Source of the DNA: Eledone cirrhosa
Lineage: Eukaryota
Direction of reading: 5' to 3'
NCBI GenBank assembly: GCA_964016885.1
Contig: OZ024741.1
Location: 261,392,001-261,456,000, forward strand
Length of the DNA: 64,000 nucleotides
Shown: in pieces, positions 27,393 through 41,300 of the stretch
Numbering within the stretch: the first letter of the stretch is position 1
Layout: every line of letters begins with the position of its first letter
The notes under the pieces: generated by a model
Told to the model about the DNA's origin: nothing
The model's database searches: none
The model's input: only the letters and a program-made list of their open reading frames with translations
Made by a program: the position numbers and the translations under genes

Positions 27393-29594
27393 GTTTAGCT
27401 TTACGAGTGTTTCGGCGTACGAGTGTTTCGACTTACGAGTGTTTTGACTTACGTGTGTTTCGGCTTACGAGTGTTTTGACTTACGGGTGTTTCGGCTTAC
27501 GAGTGTTTCGACTTACGAGTGTTCTGACTTACGAGTGTTCCGACTTACGAGCGTTCCGACTTATGAGTGTTTCGGCTTACGAGTGTTCCGACTTACGAGT
27601 GTTTCGACTTACGAGTGTTTTGACTTACGGTGTTTCTGCTTACGAGTGTTTCGACTTACGAGTGTTATGACTTACGGGTGTTTTGACATACGAGTGTTTC
27701 GATACGAGTGTTTCGACTTACGAGTTTTACGAGTGTTCTGACTTTCGAGTGTTTCGACTTACGAGTGTTCTGACCTACGAGTGTTCTGACTTACGCGTGT
27801 TTCGACTTACGAGTGTTTCGACTTACGAGTGTTTCGACTTACGAGTGTTTTGACTTACGAATGTTCTGACTTAAGGGTGTTTCGGCTTACGAGTGTTTCG
27901 ACTTACGAGTGTTTTAACTTACGGGTGTTTCGACTTACGCGTGTTTCGTCTACGAATGTTCCGACTTACGAGTGTTTCGACTTACGAGTGTTTCGACTTA
28001 CGAGTGCTTTGACTTACGAATGTTTTGACTTACTTCGACTTTCGAGTGTTCCTACTTACGAGTGTTTCGACTTACGGGTGTTTCGACTTGCGAGTGTTTC
28101 GACTTACGAGTGTTTCGGCTTACGAGTGTTTCAGTGTTTCGGCTTACGTGTGTTTCGACTTACGAGTGTTTCGACTTACGAGTGTTTCGGCTTATGAGTG
28201 TTTCGACTTACGAGTGCTTCGGCTTACGAGTGTTTCGACTTACGAGTGTTTCGGCTTACGAGTGTTTCGACGTACGAATGTTTTGGCTTACGAGTGTTTC
28301 GACTTACGAGTGTTCTGACTTACGAGTGTTCCGACTTACGAGCGTTCCGACTTACGAGTGTTTCGACTTACGAGTGTTAAGACTTACGGGTGTTTTGACA
28401 TACGAGTGTTTCGATACGAGTGTTTCGACTTACGAATGTTACGAGTGTTCTGACTTACGAGTGTTCTGACTTACGAGTGTTCTGACTTACGAGTGTTCTG
28501 ACATACGAGTGTTCTGACTTACGAGCGTTCTGACTTACGAGTGTTCCGACTTACGAGTGTTTCGGCTTACGAGTGTTTCGACTTACGAGTGTTCTGACTT
28601 ACGAGCGTTCCGACTTACGAGCGTTCCGACTTACGAGTGTTTCGGCTTACAAGTGTTCCGTCTTACGAGTGTTTCGACTTACGAGTGTTTCGACTTACGA
28701 GTGTTTTGACTTACGAGTGTTTTGACTTACGGTGTTTCTGCTTACGAGTGTTTCGACTTACGAGTGTTAAGACTTACGGGTGTTTTGACTACGAGCGTTT
28801 CGATACGAGTGTTTCGACTTATGAGTGTTACGAGTGTTCTGACTTACGGGTGTTTCGACTTACGAGTGTTTCGACTTACGAGTGTTTCGAGTTACGAGTG
28901 TTTCGACTTACGAGTGTTTTGACTTACGAATGTTCTGACTTACGGGTGTTTCGGCTTACGAGTGTTTCGACTTACGAGTGTTTTAACTTACGGGTGTTTC
29001 GACTTACACGTGTTTCGAATTGCGAGTGTTTCGACTTACGAGTGTTTCGACTACGAATGTTCCGACTTACGAGTGTTTCGACTTACGAGTGTTTCGACTT
29101 ACGAGTATTCTAACTTACGGGTGTTCCGACTTACGAGTGTTTCGGCTTACGATTGTTTTGACTTACGATTGTTTGGCTTACGAATGTTTCGACTTACGAG
29201 TGTTTCGACTTACGAGTGTTTTGACTTACGGTGATTCGGCTTACGAGTGTTTCGACTTACGAGTGTTTTGACTTACGGGTGTTTTGACATACGAGTGTTT
29301 CGATACGAGTGTTCTGACTTACGAGTGTTCTGACTTACGAGTGTTCTGACATACGGGTGTTCTGACTTACGAGTGTTCCGACTTACGAGTGTTTCGGCTT
29401 ATGAGGGTTTCGACTTACGAGTGCTTCGGCTTACGAGTGTTTCGACTTACGAGTGTTTCGGCTTACGAATGTTTCGACTTACGAATTTTTGGCTACGAGT
29501 GTTTCGGCTTACGAATGTTTCGAATTACGAGTGTTTCGACTTACGAGTGTTTCGATTTACGAGTGTTTCGGCTTACGAATGTTTCGACTTACGA

Positions 29595-29663
29595 AAATAA
29601 CAAATAGACGCGGTTTCAAATATCTATGCTTTTCAAATTCATTACATTAATCTTTATTTATAC
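29595..29663. repeat. 69-bp linker, copy 13
   Basis: ATATCT variant. Confidence 0.95.
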
Positions 29664-31036
29664 GTTTCGCTTTACGAGTGTTTCGGCGTACGAGCGTTTC
29701 GACTTACGAGTGTTTTGACTTACGTGTGTTTCGGCTTACGAGTGTTTTGACTTACGAGTGTTTTGACTTACGGGTGTTTCGGCTTACGAGTGTTTCGACT
29801 TACGAGTGTTCTGACTTACGAGTGTTCCGACTTACGAGCGTTCCGACTTACGAGTGTTTCCGCTTACGAGTGTTCCGACTTACGAGTGTTTCGACTTACG
29901 AGTGTTTTGACTTACGGTGTTTCGGCTTACGAGTGTTTTGACTTACGAGTGTTTTGACTTACGGGTGTTTTGACATACGAGTGTTTCGATACGAGTGTTC
30001 TGACTTACGAGTGTTCCTACTTACGAGTGTTTCGACTTACGAGTGTTTCGACTTACGCGTGTTTCGGCTTACGAGTGTTTCCGGCTTACGAGTGTTTCGA
30101 CTTACGAGTGTTTTGAATTACGGGTGTTTTGACTTACGGGTGTTGTGAATTACGAGTGTTTCGACTTACGAGTGTTACGGCTTACGAGTGTTTCGACTTA
30201 TGGGTGTTTCGACTTACGAGTGTTTTACTTACGGTGTTTCGGCTTACGAGTGTTTCGACATACGAGTGTTCAGACTTACGAGTGTTCCGACTTACGAGCG
30301 TTCCGACGTACGAGTGTTTCGACTTACGAGTGTTAAGACTTACGGGTGTTTTGACATACGAGTGTTTCGATACGAATGTTTCGACTTACGAGTGTTACGA
30401 GTGTTCTGACTTACGAGTGTTCTGACTTACGAGTGTTCAGACTTACGAGTGTTCTGACTTACGAGCGTTCTGACTTACGAGCGTTCTGACTTACGAGTGT
30501 TCCGACTTACGAGTGTTTCGGCTTACGAGTGTTTCGACTTACGAGTGTTCTGACTTACGAGTGTTCCGACTTACGAGCGTTCCGACTTACGAGTGTTTCG
30601 GCTTACAAGTGTTCCGACTTACGAATGTTTCGACTTACGAGTGTTTCGACTTACGAGTGTTTTGACTTACGGTGATTCGGCTTACGAGTGTTTCGACTTA
30701 CGAGTGTTTTGACTTACGGGTGTTTTGACATACGAGTGTTTCGATACGAGTGTTCTGACTTACGAGTGTTCTGACTTACGAGTGTTCTGACATACGGGTG
30801 TTCTGACTTACGAGTGTTCCGACTTACGAGTGTTTCGGCTTATGAGGGTTTCGACTTACGAGTGCTTCGGCTTACGAGTGTTTCGACTTACGAGTGTTTC
30901 GGCTTACGAGTGTTTCGACTTACGAATGTTTGGCTTACGAGTGTTTCGGCTTACGAATGTTTCGAATTACGAGTGTTTCGACTTACGAGTGTTTCGATTT
31001 ACGAGTGTTTCGGCTTACGAATGTTTCGACTTACGA

Positions 31037-31105
31037 AAATAACAAATAGACGCGGTTTCAAATATCTATGCTTTTCAAATTCATTACATTAATCTTTATT
31101 TATAC
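31037..31105. repeat. 69-bp linker, copy 14
   Basis: ATATCT variant, 1442 bp after copy 13. Confidence 0.95.
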
Positions 31106-34100
31106 GTTTCGCTTTACGAGTGTTTCGGCGTACGAGCGTTTCGACTTACGAGTGTTTTGACTTACGTGTGTTTCGGCTTACGAGTGTTTTGACTTACGAG
31201 TGTTTTGACTTACGGGTGTTTCGGCTTACGAGTGTTTCGACTTACGAGTGTTCTGACTTACGAGTGTTCCGACTTACGAGCGTTCCGACTTACGAGTGTT
31301 TCCGCTTACGAGTGTTCCGACTTACGAGTGTTTCGACTTACGAGTGTTTTGACTTACGGTGTTTCGGCTTACGAGTGTTTTGACTTACGAGTGTTTTGAC
31401 TTACGGGTGTTTTGACATACGAGTGTTTCGATACGAGTGTTCTGACTTACGAGTGTTCCTACTTACGAGTGTTTCGACTTACGAGTGTTTCGACTTACGC
31501 GTGTTTCGGCTTACGAGTGTTTCCGGCTTACGAGTGTTTCGACTTACGAGTGTTTTGAATTACGGGTGTTTTGACTTACGGGTGTTGTGAATTACGAGTG
31601 TTTCGACTTACGAGTGTTACGGCTTACGAGTGTTTCGACTTATGGGTGTTTCGACTTACGAGTGTTTTACTTACGGTGTTTCGGCTTACGAGTGTTTCGA
31701 CATACGAGTGTTCAGACTTACGAGTGTTCCGACTTACGAGCGTTCCGACGTACGAGTGTTTCGACTTACGAGTGTTAAGACTTACGGGTGTTTTGACATA
31801 CGAGTGTTTCGATACGAATGTTTCGACTTACGAGTGTTACGAGTGTTCTGACTTACGAGTGTTCTGACTTACGAGTGTTCAGACTTACGAGTGTTCTGAC
31901 TTACGAGCGTTCTGACTTACGAGCGTTCTGACTTACGAGTGTTCCGACTTACGAGTGTTTCGGCTTACGAGTGTTTCGACTTACGAGTGTTCTGACTTAC
32001 GAGTGTTCCGACTTACGAGCGTTCCGACTTACGAGTGTTTCGGCTTACAAGTGTTCCGACTTACGAGTGTTTCGACTTACGAGTGTTTTGACTTACGGTG
32101 TTTCTGCTTACGAGTGTTAAGACTTACGGGTGGTTTGACATACGAGTGTTTCGATACGAGTGTTTCGACTTACGAGTGTTACGAGTGTTCTGACATACGA
32201 GTGTTTCGACTTACGAGTGTTCTGACCTACAAGTGTTCTGACTTACGAGTGTTTCGACTTACGATTGTTTTTTTCACTTACGGGTGTTTCGACTTACGCG
32301 TGTTTCGATTTACAAGTGTTTAGACTTACGAGTGTTTCGACTACGAATGTTCCGACTTACGAGTGTTTCGACTTACGAGTGTTTCGACTTACGGGTGTTC
32401 CGACTTACGAGTGTTTCGGCTTACGATTGTTTCGAGTTACGAGTGTTTCGGTTTACGTGTGTTTCGACTTACGGTGTTTCGGCTTACGAGTGTTTTGACT
32501 TACGAGTGTTTTGACTTACGGGTGTTTTGACATACGAGTGTTTCGATACGAGTGTTCTGACTTACGAGTGTTCTGACTTACGAGTGTTCTGACTTACGAG
32601 TGTTCTGACTTACGAGTGGTCTGACTTACGGGTGTTCTGACTTACGAGTGTTCCGACTTACGAGTGTTTCAGCTTATGAGTGTTTCGACTTACGAGTGCT
32701 TCGGTTTACGAGTTTTTCGACTTACGAGTGTTTCGGCTTACGAGTGTTTCTACTTACGAATGTTTTGGCTTACGAGTATTTCGGCTTACGAGTGTTTCGG
32801 CTTATGGTGTTTCGGCTTACGAGTGTTTCGACATACGAGTGTTTTGACTTACGGGTGTTTCGACTTACGGGTGTTTCGACGTAAGAGTGTTTCGACTTAC
32901 GAGCGCTTCGACATACGAGTGTTTCGACTTACGAGTGTTTCGGCGTACGAGTGTTTTGACTTACGAGTGTTTCGACTTACGAGTGCTTTGACTTACGAAT
33001 GTTTTGAATTACTTCGACTTACGAGTGATCTGACTTACGAGTGTTCCGACTTACGAGTGTTTCGACTTACGAGTGTTTCGACTTGCGAGTGTTTCGACTT
33101 ACGAGTGTTTTAACTTACGGGTGTTTCGACTTACGCGTGTTTCGACTTACGAGTGTTTCGACTTACGAGTGTTTCGACTTACGAATGTTCCGACTTACGA
33201 GTTTTTCTACTTACGAGTGTTTCGGCTTACGAGTGTTTCGACCTTACAAGTGTTCTGACTACGAGTGTTCTGACTTACGAGTGTTCTGACTTACGAGTGG
33301 TCTGACTTACGGGTGTTCTTACTTACGAGTGTTCCGACTTACGAGTGTTTCAGCTTATGAGTGTTTCGACTTACGAGTGCTTCGGTTTACGAGTGTTTCG
33401 ACTTACGAGTGTTCTGACTTACGAGTGTTCCGACTTACGAGAGTTCCGACTTACGAGTGTTTCGACTTACGAGTGTTAAGACTTACGGGTGTTTTGACAT
33501 ACGAGTGTTTCGATACGAGTGTTTCGACTTACGAGTGTTACGAGAGTTCTGACTTACGAGTGTTCTGACTTACGAGTGTTCTGACTTACGAGTGTTCTGA
33601 CTTACGAGTGTTCTGACATACGAGTGTTCTGACTTACGAGCGTTCTGACTTACGAGTGTTCCGACTTACGAGTGTTTCGGCTTACGAGTGTTTCGACTTA
33701 CGAGTGTTCTGACGTACGAGTGTTCCGACTTACGAGCGTTCCGACTTACGAGTGTTTCGGCTTACAAGTGTTCCGTCTTACGAGTGTTTCGACTTACGAG
33801 TGTTTCGACTTACGAGTGTTTTGACTTACGAGTGTTTTGACTTACGGTGTTTCTGCTTACGAGTGTTTCGACTTACGAGTGTTAAGACTTACGGGTGTTA
33901 CGAGTGTTCTGACTTACGGGTGTTTACACTTACGAGTGTTTCGACTTACGAGTGTTTCGAGTTACGAGTGTTTCGACTTACGAGTGTTTTGCCTTAAGAA
34001 TGTTCTGACTTACGAGTGTTTCGACTTACGAGTGTTTCGACTTACGAGTATTCTAACTTACGGGTGTTCCGACTTACGAGTGTTTTGACTTACGGTGTTT

Positions 34101-36625
34101 CGGCTTACGAGTGTTTGGACTTACGGGTGTTTTGACATACGAGTGTTTCGATACGAGTGTTCTGACTTACGAGTGTTCTGACTTACGAGTGTTTTGACTT
34201 ACGAGTGTTCTGACTTACGAGTGTTCCGACTTACGAGTGTTCCGACTTACGAGTGTTTCGGCTTACGAGTGTTTCCGGCTTACGAGTGTTTCGACTTCCG
34301 AGTGTTTTGACTTACGGTGTTTCGGCTTACGAGTGATTCGACTTACGAATGTTTTGACTTATGTGTGTTTCGGCTTGCGAGTGTTTCGACTTACGAGTGT
34401 TTCGGCTTATGGGTGTTTCGACTTACTAATGTTTTTACTTACGAGTGTTTCGGCGTACGATTGTTTTGACTTACGAGTCTTTCGACTTACGAGTGTTTCG
34501 ACTTACGAGTGTTTCGGCTTACGTGAGTTTCGACTTAAGAGTGTTCTGATTTACGAGTGTTCTGACTTGCGGGTGTTCTGATTTACGAGTGTTCCGACTT
34601 ACGAGTGTTTCGGCTTATGAGTGTTTCAACTTACGAGTGTTTCGGCTTACGAGTGTTTCGACTTATGGGTGTTTCGACTTACGAGTGTTTTTACTTACGG
34701 TGTTTCGGCTTACGAGTGTTTCGACATACGAGTATTTTGATTTACGGGTGTTTCGACTTACGAGTGTTTTGACTTACGAGTGTTTCGGCTTACGAGTGTT
34801 TCGACTTACTAATGTTCTTACTTACGAGTGTTTCGGCGTACGAGAGTTTTGACTTACGAGTGTTTCGACTTACGAGTGTTTCGACTTACGAGTGTTTTGA
34901 CTTACGAATGTTTTGACTTACGGGTGTTTCGGCTTACGAGTGTTTCGACTTACGAGTCTTTCGGCTTACGAGTGTTTCGACTTACTAATGTTTTTACTTA
35001 CGAGTGTTTCGGCGTACGAGTGTTTCGACTTACGAGTGTTTCGACTTACGGGTGTTTTGACTTACGGGTGTTTCGGCTTACGAGTGTTTTGACTTACGAG
35101 TGTTTTGACTTAAGGGTGTTTCGACTTACGAGTATTTTTGGCTTACGAGTGTTTCGACTTACGAGTGTTTTGACTTACGAGTGTTCTGATTTACGGATGT
35201 TTCGACATACGAGTGTTTCGACTTACGAGTGTTTCGACTTACGAGTGTTTCGGCTTATGAGTGTTTCGACTTACGAGTGTTTTGACTTACGGTGTTTCCG
35301 CTTACGAGTGTTTCGACTTACGAGTGTTTTGACTTACGGGTGTTTTGACATACGAGTGTTTCGATACGAGTGTTCTGACTTACGAGTGTTCTGACTTACG
35401 AGTGTTTTGACTTACGAGTGTTCTGACTTACGAGTGTTCCGACTTACGAGTGTTCCGACTTACGAGTGTTTCGGCTTACGAGTGTTTCAGGCTTACGAGT
35501 GTTTCGACTTAGGAGTGTTTTGACTTACGGTGTTTCGGCTTACGAGTGATTCGACTTACGAGTGTTTTGACTTACGGGTGTTTTGACTTACGGGTGTTGT
35601 GAATTACGAGTGTTCCGATTTACGAGTGTTTTGACTTACGGTGTTTCGGCTTACGAGTGATTCGACTTACGAATGTTTTGACTTACGGGTGTTTCGGCTT
35701 GCGAGTGTTTCGACTTACGAGTGTTTCGGCTTATGAGTGTTTCGACTTACTAATGTTTTTACTTACGAGTGTTTTGACTTACGAGTGTTTCGATTTACGA
35801 GTGTTTCGGCTTGCGAGTGTTTCGACTTACTAATGTTTTTACTTACGAGTGTTTCGGCGTACGAGTGTTTCGACTTACGAGTGTTTCGACTTACGGGTGT
35901 TTTGACTTACGGGTGTTTCGGCTTACGAGTGTTTCGACTTACGAGTGTTTTGACTTAAGGGTGTTTCGACTTACGAGTGTTTCGACTTACGAGTGTTTCG
36001 GCTTACGAGTGTTTTGACTTAAGGATGTTTCGACTTACGAGTGTTTCGATACGAGTGTTTCGACTTACGAGTGTTCTGACTTACAAGTGTTCTGATTTAC
36101 GGATGTTTCGACATACGAGTGTTTCGACTTACGAGTGTTTCGACTTACGAGTGTTTTGACTTACGGGTGTTTTGACATACGAGTGTTTCGATACGAGTGT
36201 TTCGACTTACGAATGTTCTAACTTACGAGTGTTCTGACTTACGAGTGTTCTGACTTACGAGTGTTCTGACTTACGAGTGTTCCGACTTACGAGTGTTCCG
36301 ACTTACGAGTGTTTCGGCTTACGAGTGTTTCGGCTTACGAGTGTTTCGACTTACGAGTGTTTCGACTTACGGGTGTTTCGACTTACGAGTGTTTTGGCTT
36401 ACGGTGTTTCGGCTTACGAGTTTTTCGAGTTACGAGTGTTTTGACTTACGCGTGTTTTGACATACGAGTGTTTCGATACGAGTGTTCTGACTTACGAGTG
36501 TTCTGACTTACGAGTGTTCTGAATTACGAGTGTTCTGACTTACGAGTGTTCCGACTTTACGAGTGTTTCGGCTCACGAGTGTTTTGGCTTACGGTGTTTC
36601 GGCTTACGAGTGTTTCGACTTACGA

Positions 36626-36694
36626 AAATAACAAATAGACGCGGTTTCAAATCTCTATGCTTTTCAAATTCATTACATTAATCTTTATTTATAC
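36626..36694. repeat. 69-bp linker, copy 15
   Basis: CTCT variant; same context as copy 8. Confidence 0.95.
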
Positions 36695-37741
36695 GTTTCG
36701 CTTTACGAGTGTTTCGACTTACGAGTCTTTCGACATACGAGTGTTTCAGCTTACGAGTGTTTTGATTTACGAGTGTTTTGACTTACGGGTGTTTCGACTT
36801 ACGCGTGTTTCGACTTACGAGTGTTTCGGCTTACGAGTGTTTCGACTTACGAGTGTTCTGACTACGAGTGTTCTGACTTACGGGTGTTCTGACTTACGAG
36901 TGTTCCGACTTACGAGTGTTTCGGCTTACGAGTGTTTCGACTTACGAGTGCTTCGACTTACGGGTGTTTTGACATACGAGTGTTTCGATACGAGTGTTCT
37001 GACTTACGAGTGGTCTGACTTACGGGTGTTCTGACTTACGAGTGTTCCGACTTACGAGTGTTTCAGCTTATGAGTGTTTCGACTTACGAGTGCTTCGGTT
37101 TACGAGTGTTTCGACTTACGAGTGTTTCGGCTTACGAGTGTTTCGACTTACGAATGTTTTGGCTTACGGGTGTTTCGGCTTACGAATGTTTCGGCTTATG
37201 AGTGTTTCGACATATGAGTGTTTTGACTTACGGGTGTTTCGACTTACGGGTGTTTCGACGTAAGAGTGTTTCGACTTACGAGCGCTTCGACTTACGAGTG
37301 TTTCGACTTACGAGTGTTTTTAGGCGTACGAGTGTTTTGACTTACGAGTGTTTCGACTTACGAGTGTTTCGACTTACGAGCGCTTTGACTTACGAATGTT
37401 TTGAATTACTTCGACTTACGAGTGATCTGACTTACGAGTGTTCCTAATTACGAGTGTTTCGACTTACGAGTGTTCTGACTTACGAGTGTTCTGACTTATG
37501 AGTGTTCCAACTTACGAGTGTTTCGACTTACGAGTGTTTTGACTTACGAATGTTCTGACTTGCGGGTGTTTCGCCTTACGAGTGTTTCGACATACGAGTG
37601 TTTTAACTTACGGGTGTTTCGACTTACGCGTATTTCGACTTACGAGTGTTTCGACTAACGAGTGTTTCGACTTACGAATGTTCCGACTTACGAGTGTTTC
37701 TACTTACGAGTGTTTCGGCTTACGAGTGTTTCGACTTACGA

Positions 37742-37810
37742 AAATAACAAATAGACGCGGTTTCAAATATCTATGCTTTTCAAATTCATTACATTAATCT
37801 TTATTTATAC
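37742..37810. repeat. 69-bp linker, copy 16
   Basis: ATATCT variant; same context as copy 9. Confidence 0.95.
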
Positions 37811-38264
37811 GTTTCGCTTTACGCGTGTTTCGACTACGAATGTTCCGACTTACGAGTGTTTCGACTTACGAGTGTTTCCACTTACGAGTGCTTTGACTTA
37901 CGAATGTTTTGACTTACTTCGACTTACGAGTGTTCCGACTTACGAGTGTTTCGGCTTATGAGGGTTTCGACTTACGAGTGCTTCGGTTTACGAGTGTTTC
38001 GACCTACGAGTGTTCTGACTTACGAGTGTTTCGACTTACGAATGTTTTGGCTTACGAGTGTTTCGACTTACGAGTGTTTCGAATTACGAGTGTTTCGACT
38101 TACGAGTGTTTTGACTTACGGTGTTTCGGCTTACGAGTGTTTCGACTTAAGAGTGTTTTAACTTACGGGTGTTTCGACTTACGCGTGTTTCGACTTACGA
38201 ATGTTCCGACTTACGAGTGTTTCGACATACGAGTGTTTCGGCTTACGAGTGTTTCGACTTACGA

Positions 38265-38333
38265 AAATAACAAGTAGACGCGGTTTCAAATATCTATGCT
38301 TTTCAAATTCATTACATTAATCTTTATTTATAC
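38265..38333. repeat. 69-bp linker, copy 17
   Basis: ATATCT plus CAAGT; same context as copy 10. Confidence 0.95.
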
Positions 38334-41300
38334 GTTTCGCTTTACGAGTGTTTCGGCGTACGAGTGTTTCGACTTACGAGTGTTTTGACTTACGTGTGTT
38401 TCGGCTTACGAGTGTTTTGACTTACGTGTGTTTTGACTTACGGGTGTTTCGGCTTACGAGTGTTTCGACTTACGAGTGTTCTGACTTACGAGCGTTCCGA
38501 CTTATGAGTGTTTCGACTTACGAGTGTTCCGACTTTCGAGTGTTTCGACTTACGAGTGTTTTGACTTACGGTGTTTCTGCTTACGAGTGTTTCGACTTAC
38601 GAGTGTTATGACTTACGGGTGTTTTGACATACGAGTGTTTCGATACGAGTGTTTCGACTTACGAGTGTTACGAGTGTTCTGACTTATGAGTGTTTCGACT
38701 TACGAGTGTTCTGACCTACGAGTGTTTCGACTTACGAGTGTTTTGACTTAAGGGTGTTTCGACTTACGAGTGTTTCGACTTACGAGTGTTTCGACTTACG
38801 AGTGCTTTGACTTACGAATGTTTTGACTTACTTCGACTTTCGAGTGTTCCTACTTACGAGTGTTTCGACTTACGGGTGTTTCGACTTGCGAGTGTTTCGA
38901 CTTACGTGTGTTTCGACTTACGAGTGTTACGAGTGTTCTGACTTATGAGTGTTTCGACTGACGAGTGTTCTGACCTACGAGTGTTTCGGCTTACGTGTGT
39001 TTCGACTTACGAGTGTTTCGACTTACGAGTGTTTCGGCTTATGAGTGTTTCGACTTACGAGTGCTTCGGCTTACGAGTGTTTCGACTTACGAGTGTTTTG
39101 GCTTACGAGTGTTTCGACGTACGAATGTTTTGGCTTACGAGTGTTTCGACTTACGAGTGTTCTGACTTACGAGTGTTCCGACTTATGAGCGTTCCGACTT
39201 ACGAGTGTTTCGACTTACGAGTGTTACGAGTGTTCTGACTTACAAGTGTTCTGACATACGAGTGTTCTGACTTACGAGCGTTCTGACTTACGAGTGTTCC
39301 GACTTACGAGTGTTTCGGATTACGAGTGTTTCGACTTACGAGTGTTCTGACTTACGAGTGTTCCGACTTACGAGCGTTCCGACTTACGAGTGTTTCGGCT
39401 TACAAGTGTTCCGTCTTACGAGTGTTTCGACTTACGAGTGTTTCGACTTACGAGTGTTTTGACTTACGAGTGTTTCGACTTACGAGTGTTAAGACTTACG
39501 GGTGTTTTGACATACGAGTGTTTCGATACGAGTGTTTCGACTTATGAGTGTTACGAATGTTCTGACTTACGGGTGTTTCGACTTACGAGTGTTTCGACTT
39601 ACGAGTGTTTCGAGTTACGAGTGTTTCGACTTACGAGTCTTTTGACTTACGAATGTTCTGACTTACGGGTGTTTCGGCTTACGAGTGTTTCGACTTACGA
39701 GTGTTTTAACTTACGGGTGTTTCGACTTACGAGTGTTTCGGCTTACGATTGTTTTGACTTACGATTGTTTCGACTACGAATGTTCCGACTTACGAGTGTT
39801 TCGACTTACGAGTGTTTTGACTTACGAGTATTCTAACTTACGGGTGTTCCGACTTACGAGTGTTTCGGCTTACGATTGTTTTGACTTACGATTGTTTGGC
39901 TTACGAATGTTTCGACTTACGAGTGTTTCGACTTACGAGTGTTTTGACTTACGGTGATTCGGCTTACGAGTGTTTCGACTTACGAGTGTTTTGACTTACG
40001 GGTGTTTTGACATACGAGTGTTTCCATACGAGTGTTCTGACTTACGAGTGTTCTGACTTACGAGTGTTCTGACTTACGGGTGTTCTGACTTACGAGTGTT
40101 CCGATTTACGAGTGTTTCGACTTACGAGTGTTATGACTTACGGGTGTTTTGACATACGAGTGTTTCGATACGAGTGTTTCGACTTACGAGTGTTTTGACT
40201 TACGGGTGTTTTGACATACGAGTGTTTCGATACGAGTGTTCTGACTTACGAGTGTTTTGACTTACGAGTGTTCTGACTTACGAGTGTTCTGACTTACGAG
40301 TGTTCTGACTTACGAGTGTTCCGACTTACGAGTGATCTGATTTACGAGTGTTCCTACTTACGAGTGTTTCGACTTACGAGTGTTTCGACTTGCGAGTGTT
40401 TCGACTTACGAGTGTTTCGACTTACGAGCGTTCTGACTTACGAGTGTTCTGACTTACGAGTGTTCTGACTTACGAGCGTTCCGACTTATGAGTGTTTCGA
40501 CTTACGAGTGTTCCGACTTTCGAGTGTTTCGACTTACGAGTGTTTTGACTTACGGTGTTTCTGCTTACGAGTGTTTCGACTTACGAGTGTTATGACTTAC
40601 GGTTGTTTTGACATACGAGTGTTTCGATACGAGTGTTTCGACTTACGAGTGTTACGAGTGTTCTGACTTATGAGTGTTTCGACTTACGAGTGTTCTGACC
40701 TACGAGTGTTCTGACTTACGCGTGTTTCGACTTACGAGTGTTTTGACTTACGGGTGTTTCGACTTACGAGTGTTTCGACTTACGAGTGTTTCGACTTACG
40801 AGTGCTTTGACTTACGAATGTTTTGACTTCGACTTTCGAGTGTTCCTACTTACGAGTGTTTCGACTTACGGGTGTTTCGACTTGCGAGTGTTTCGACTTA
40901 CGTGTGTTTCGACTTACGAGTGTTACGAGTGTTCTGACTTATGAGTGTTTCGACTTACGAGTGTTCTGACCTACGAGTGTTTCGGCTTACGTGTGTTTCG
41001 ACTTACGAGTGTTTCGACTTACGAGTGTTTCGGCTTATGAGTGTTTCGACTTACGAGTGCTTCGGCTTACGAGTGTTTCGACTTACGAGTGTTTCGGCTT
41101 ACGAGTGTTTCGACGTACGAATGTTTTGGCTTACGAGTGTTTCGACTTACGAGTGTTCTGACTTACGAGTGTTCCGACTTACGAGCGTTCCGACTTACGA
41201 GTGTTTCGACTTACGAGTGTTAAGACTTACGGGTGTTTTGACATACGAGTGTTTCGATACGAGTGTTTCGACTTACGAGTGTTACGAGTGTTCTGACTTA

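Larger units (their letters stand above)
29177..32065 (+). repeat. Tandem duplication, 1442-bp unit x2
   Basis: Pairs 29678/31120, 29954/31396 and 30188/31630. Confidence 0.92.
18905..40476 (+). repeat. Block duplication ~18905-25335 / ~34072-40476 (offset ~15.1-15.2 kb)
   Basis: Pairs 19070/34237, 21486/36657, 23239/38348 and 24249/39390. Shared rare variants TTTGGAC and TTTCAGGC. Confidence 0.88.
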
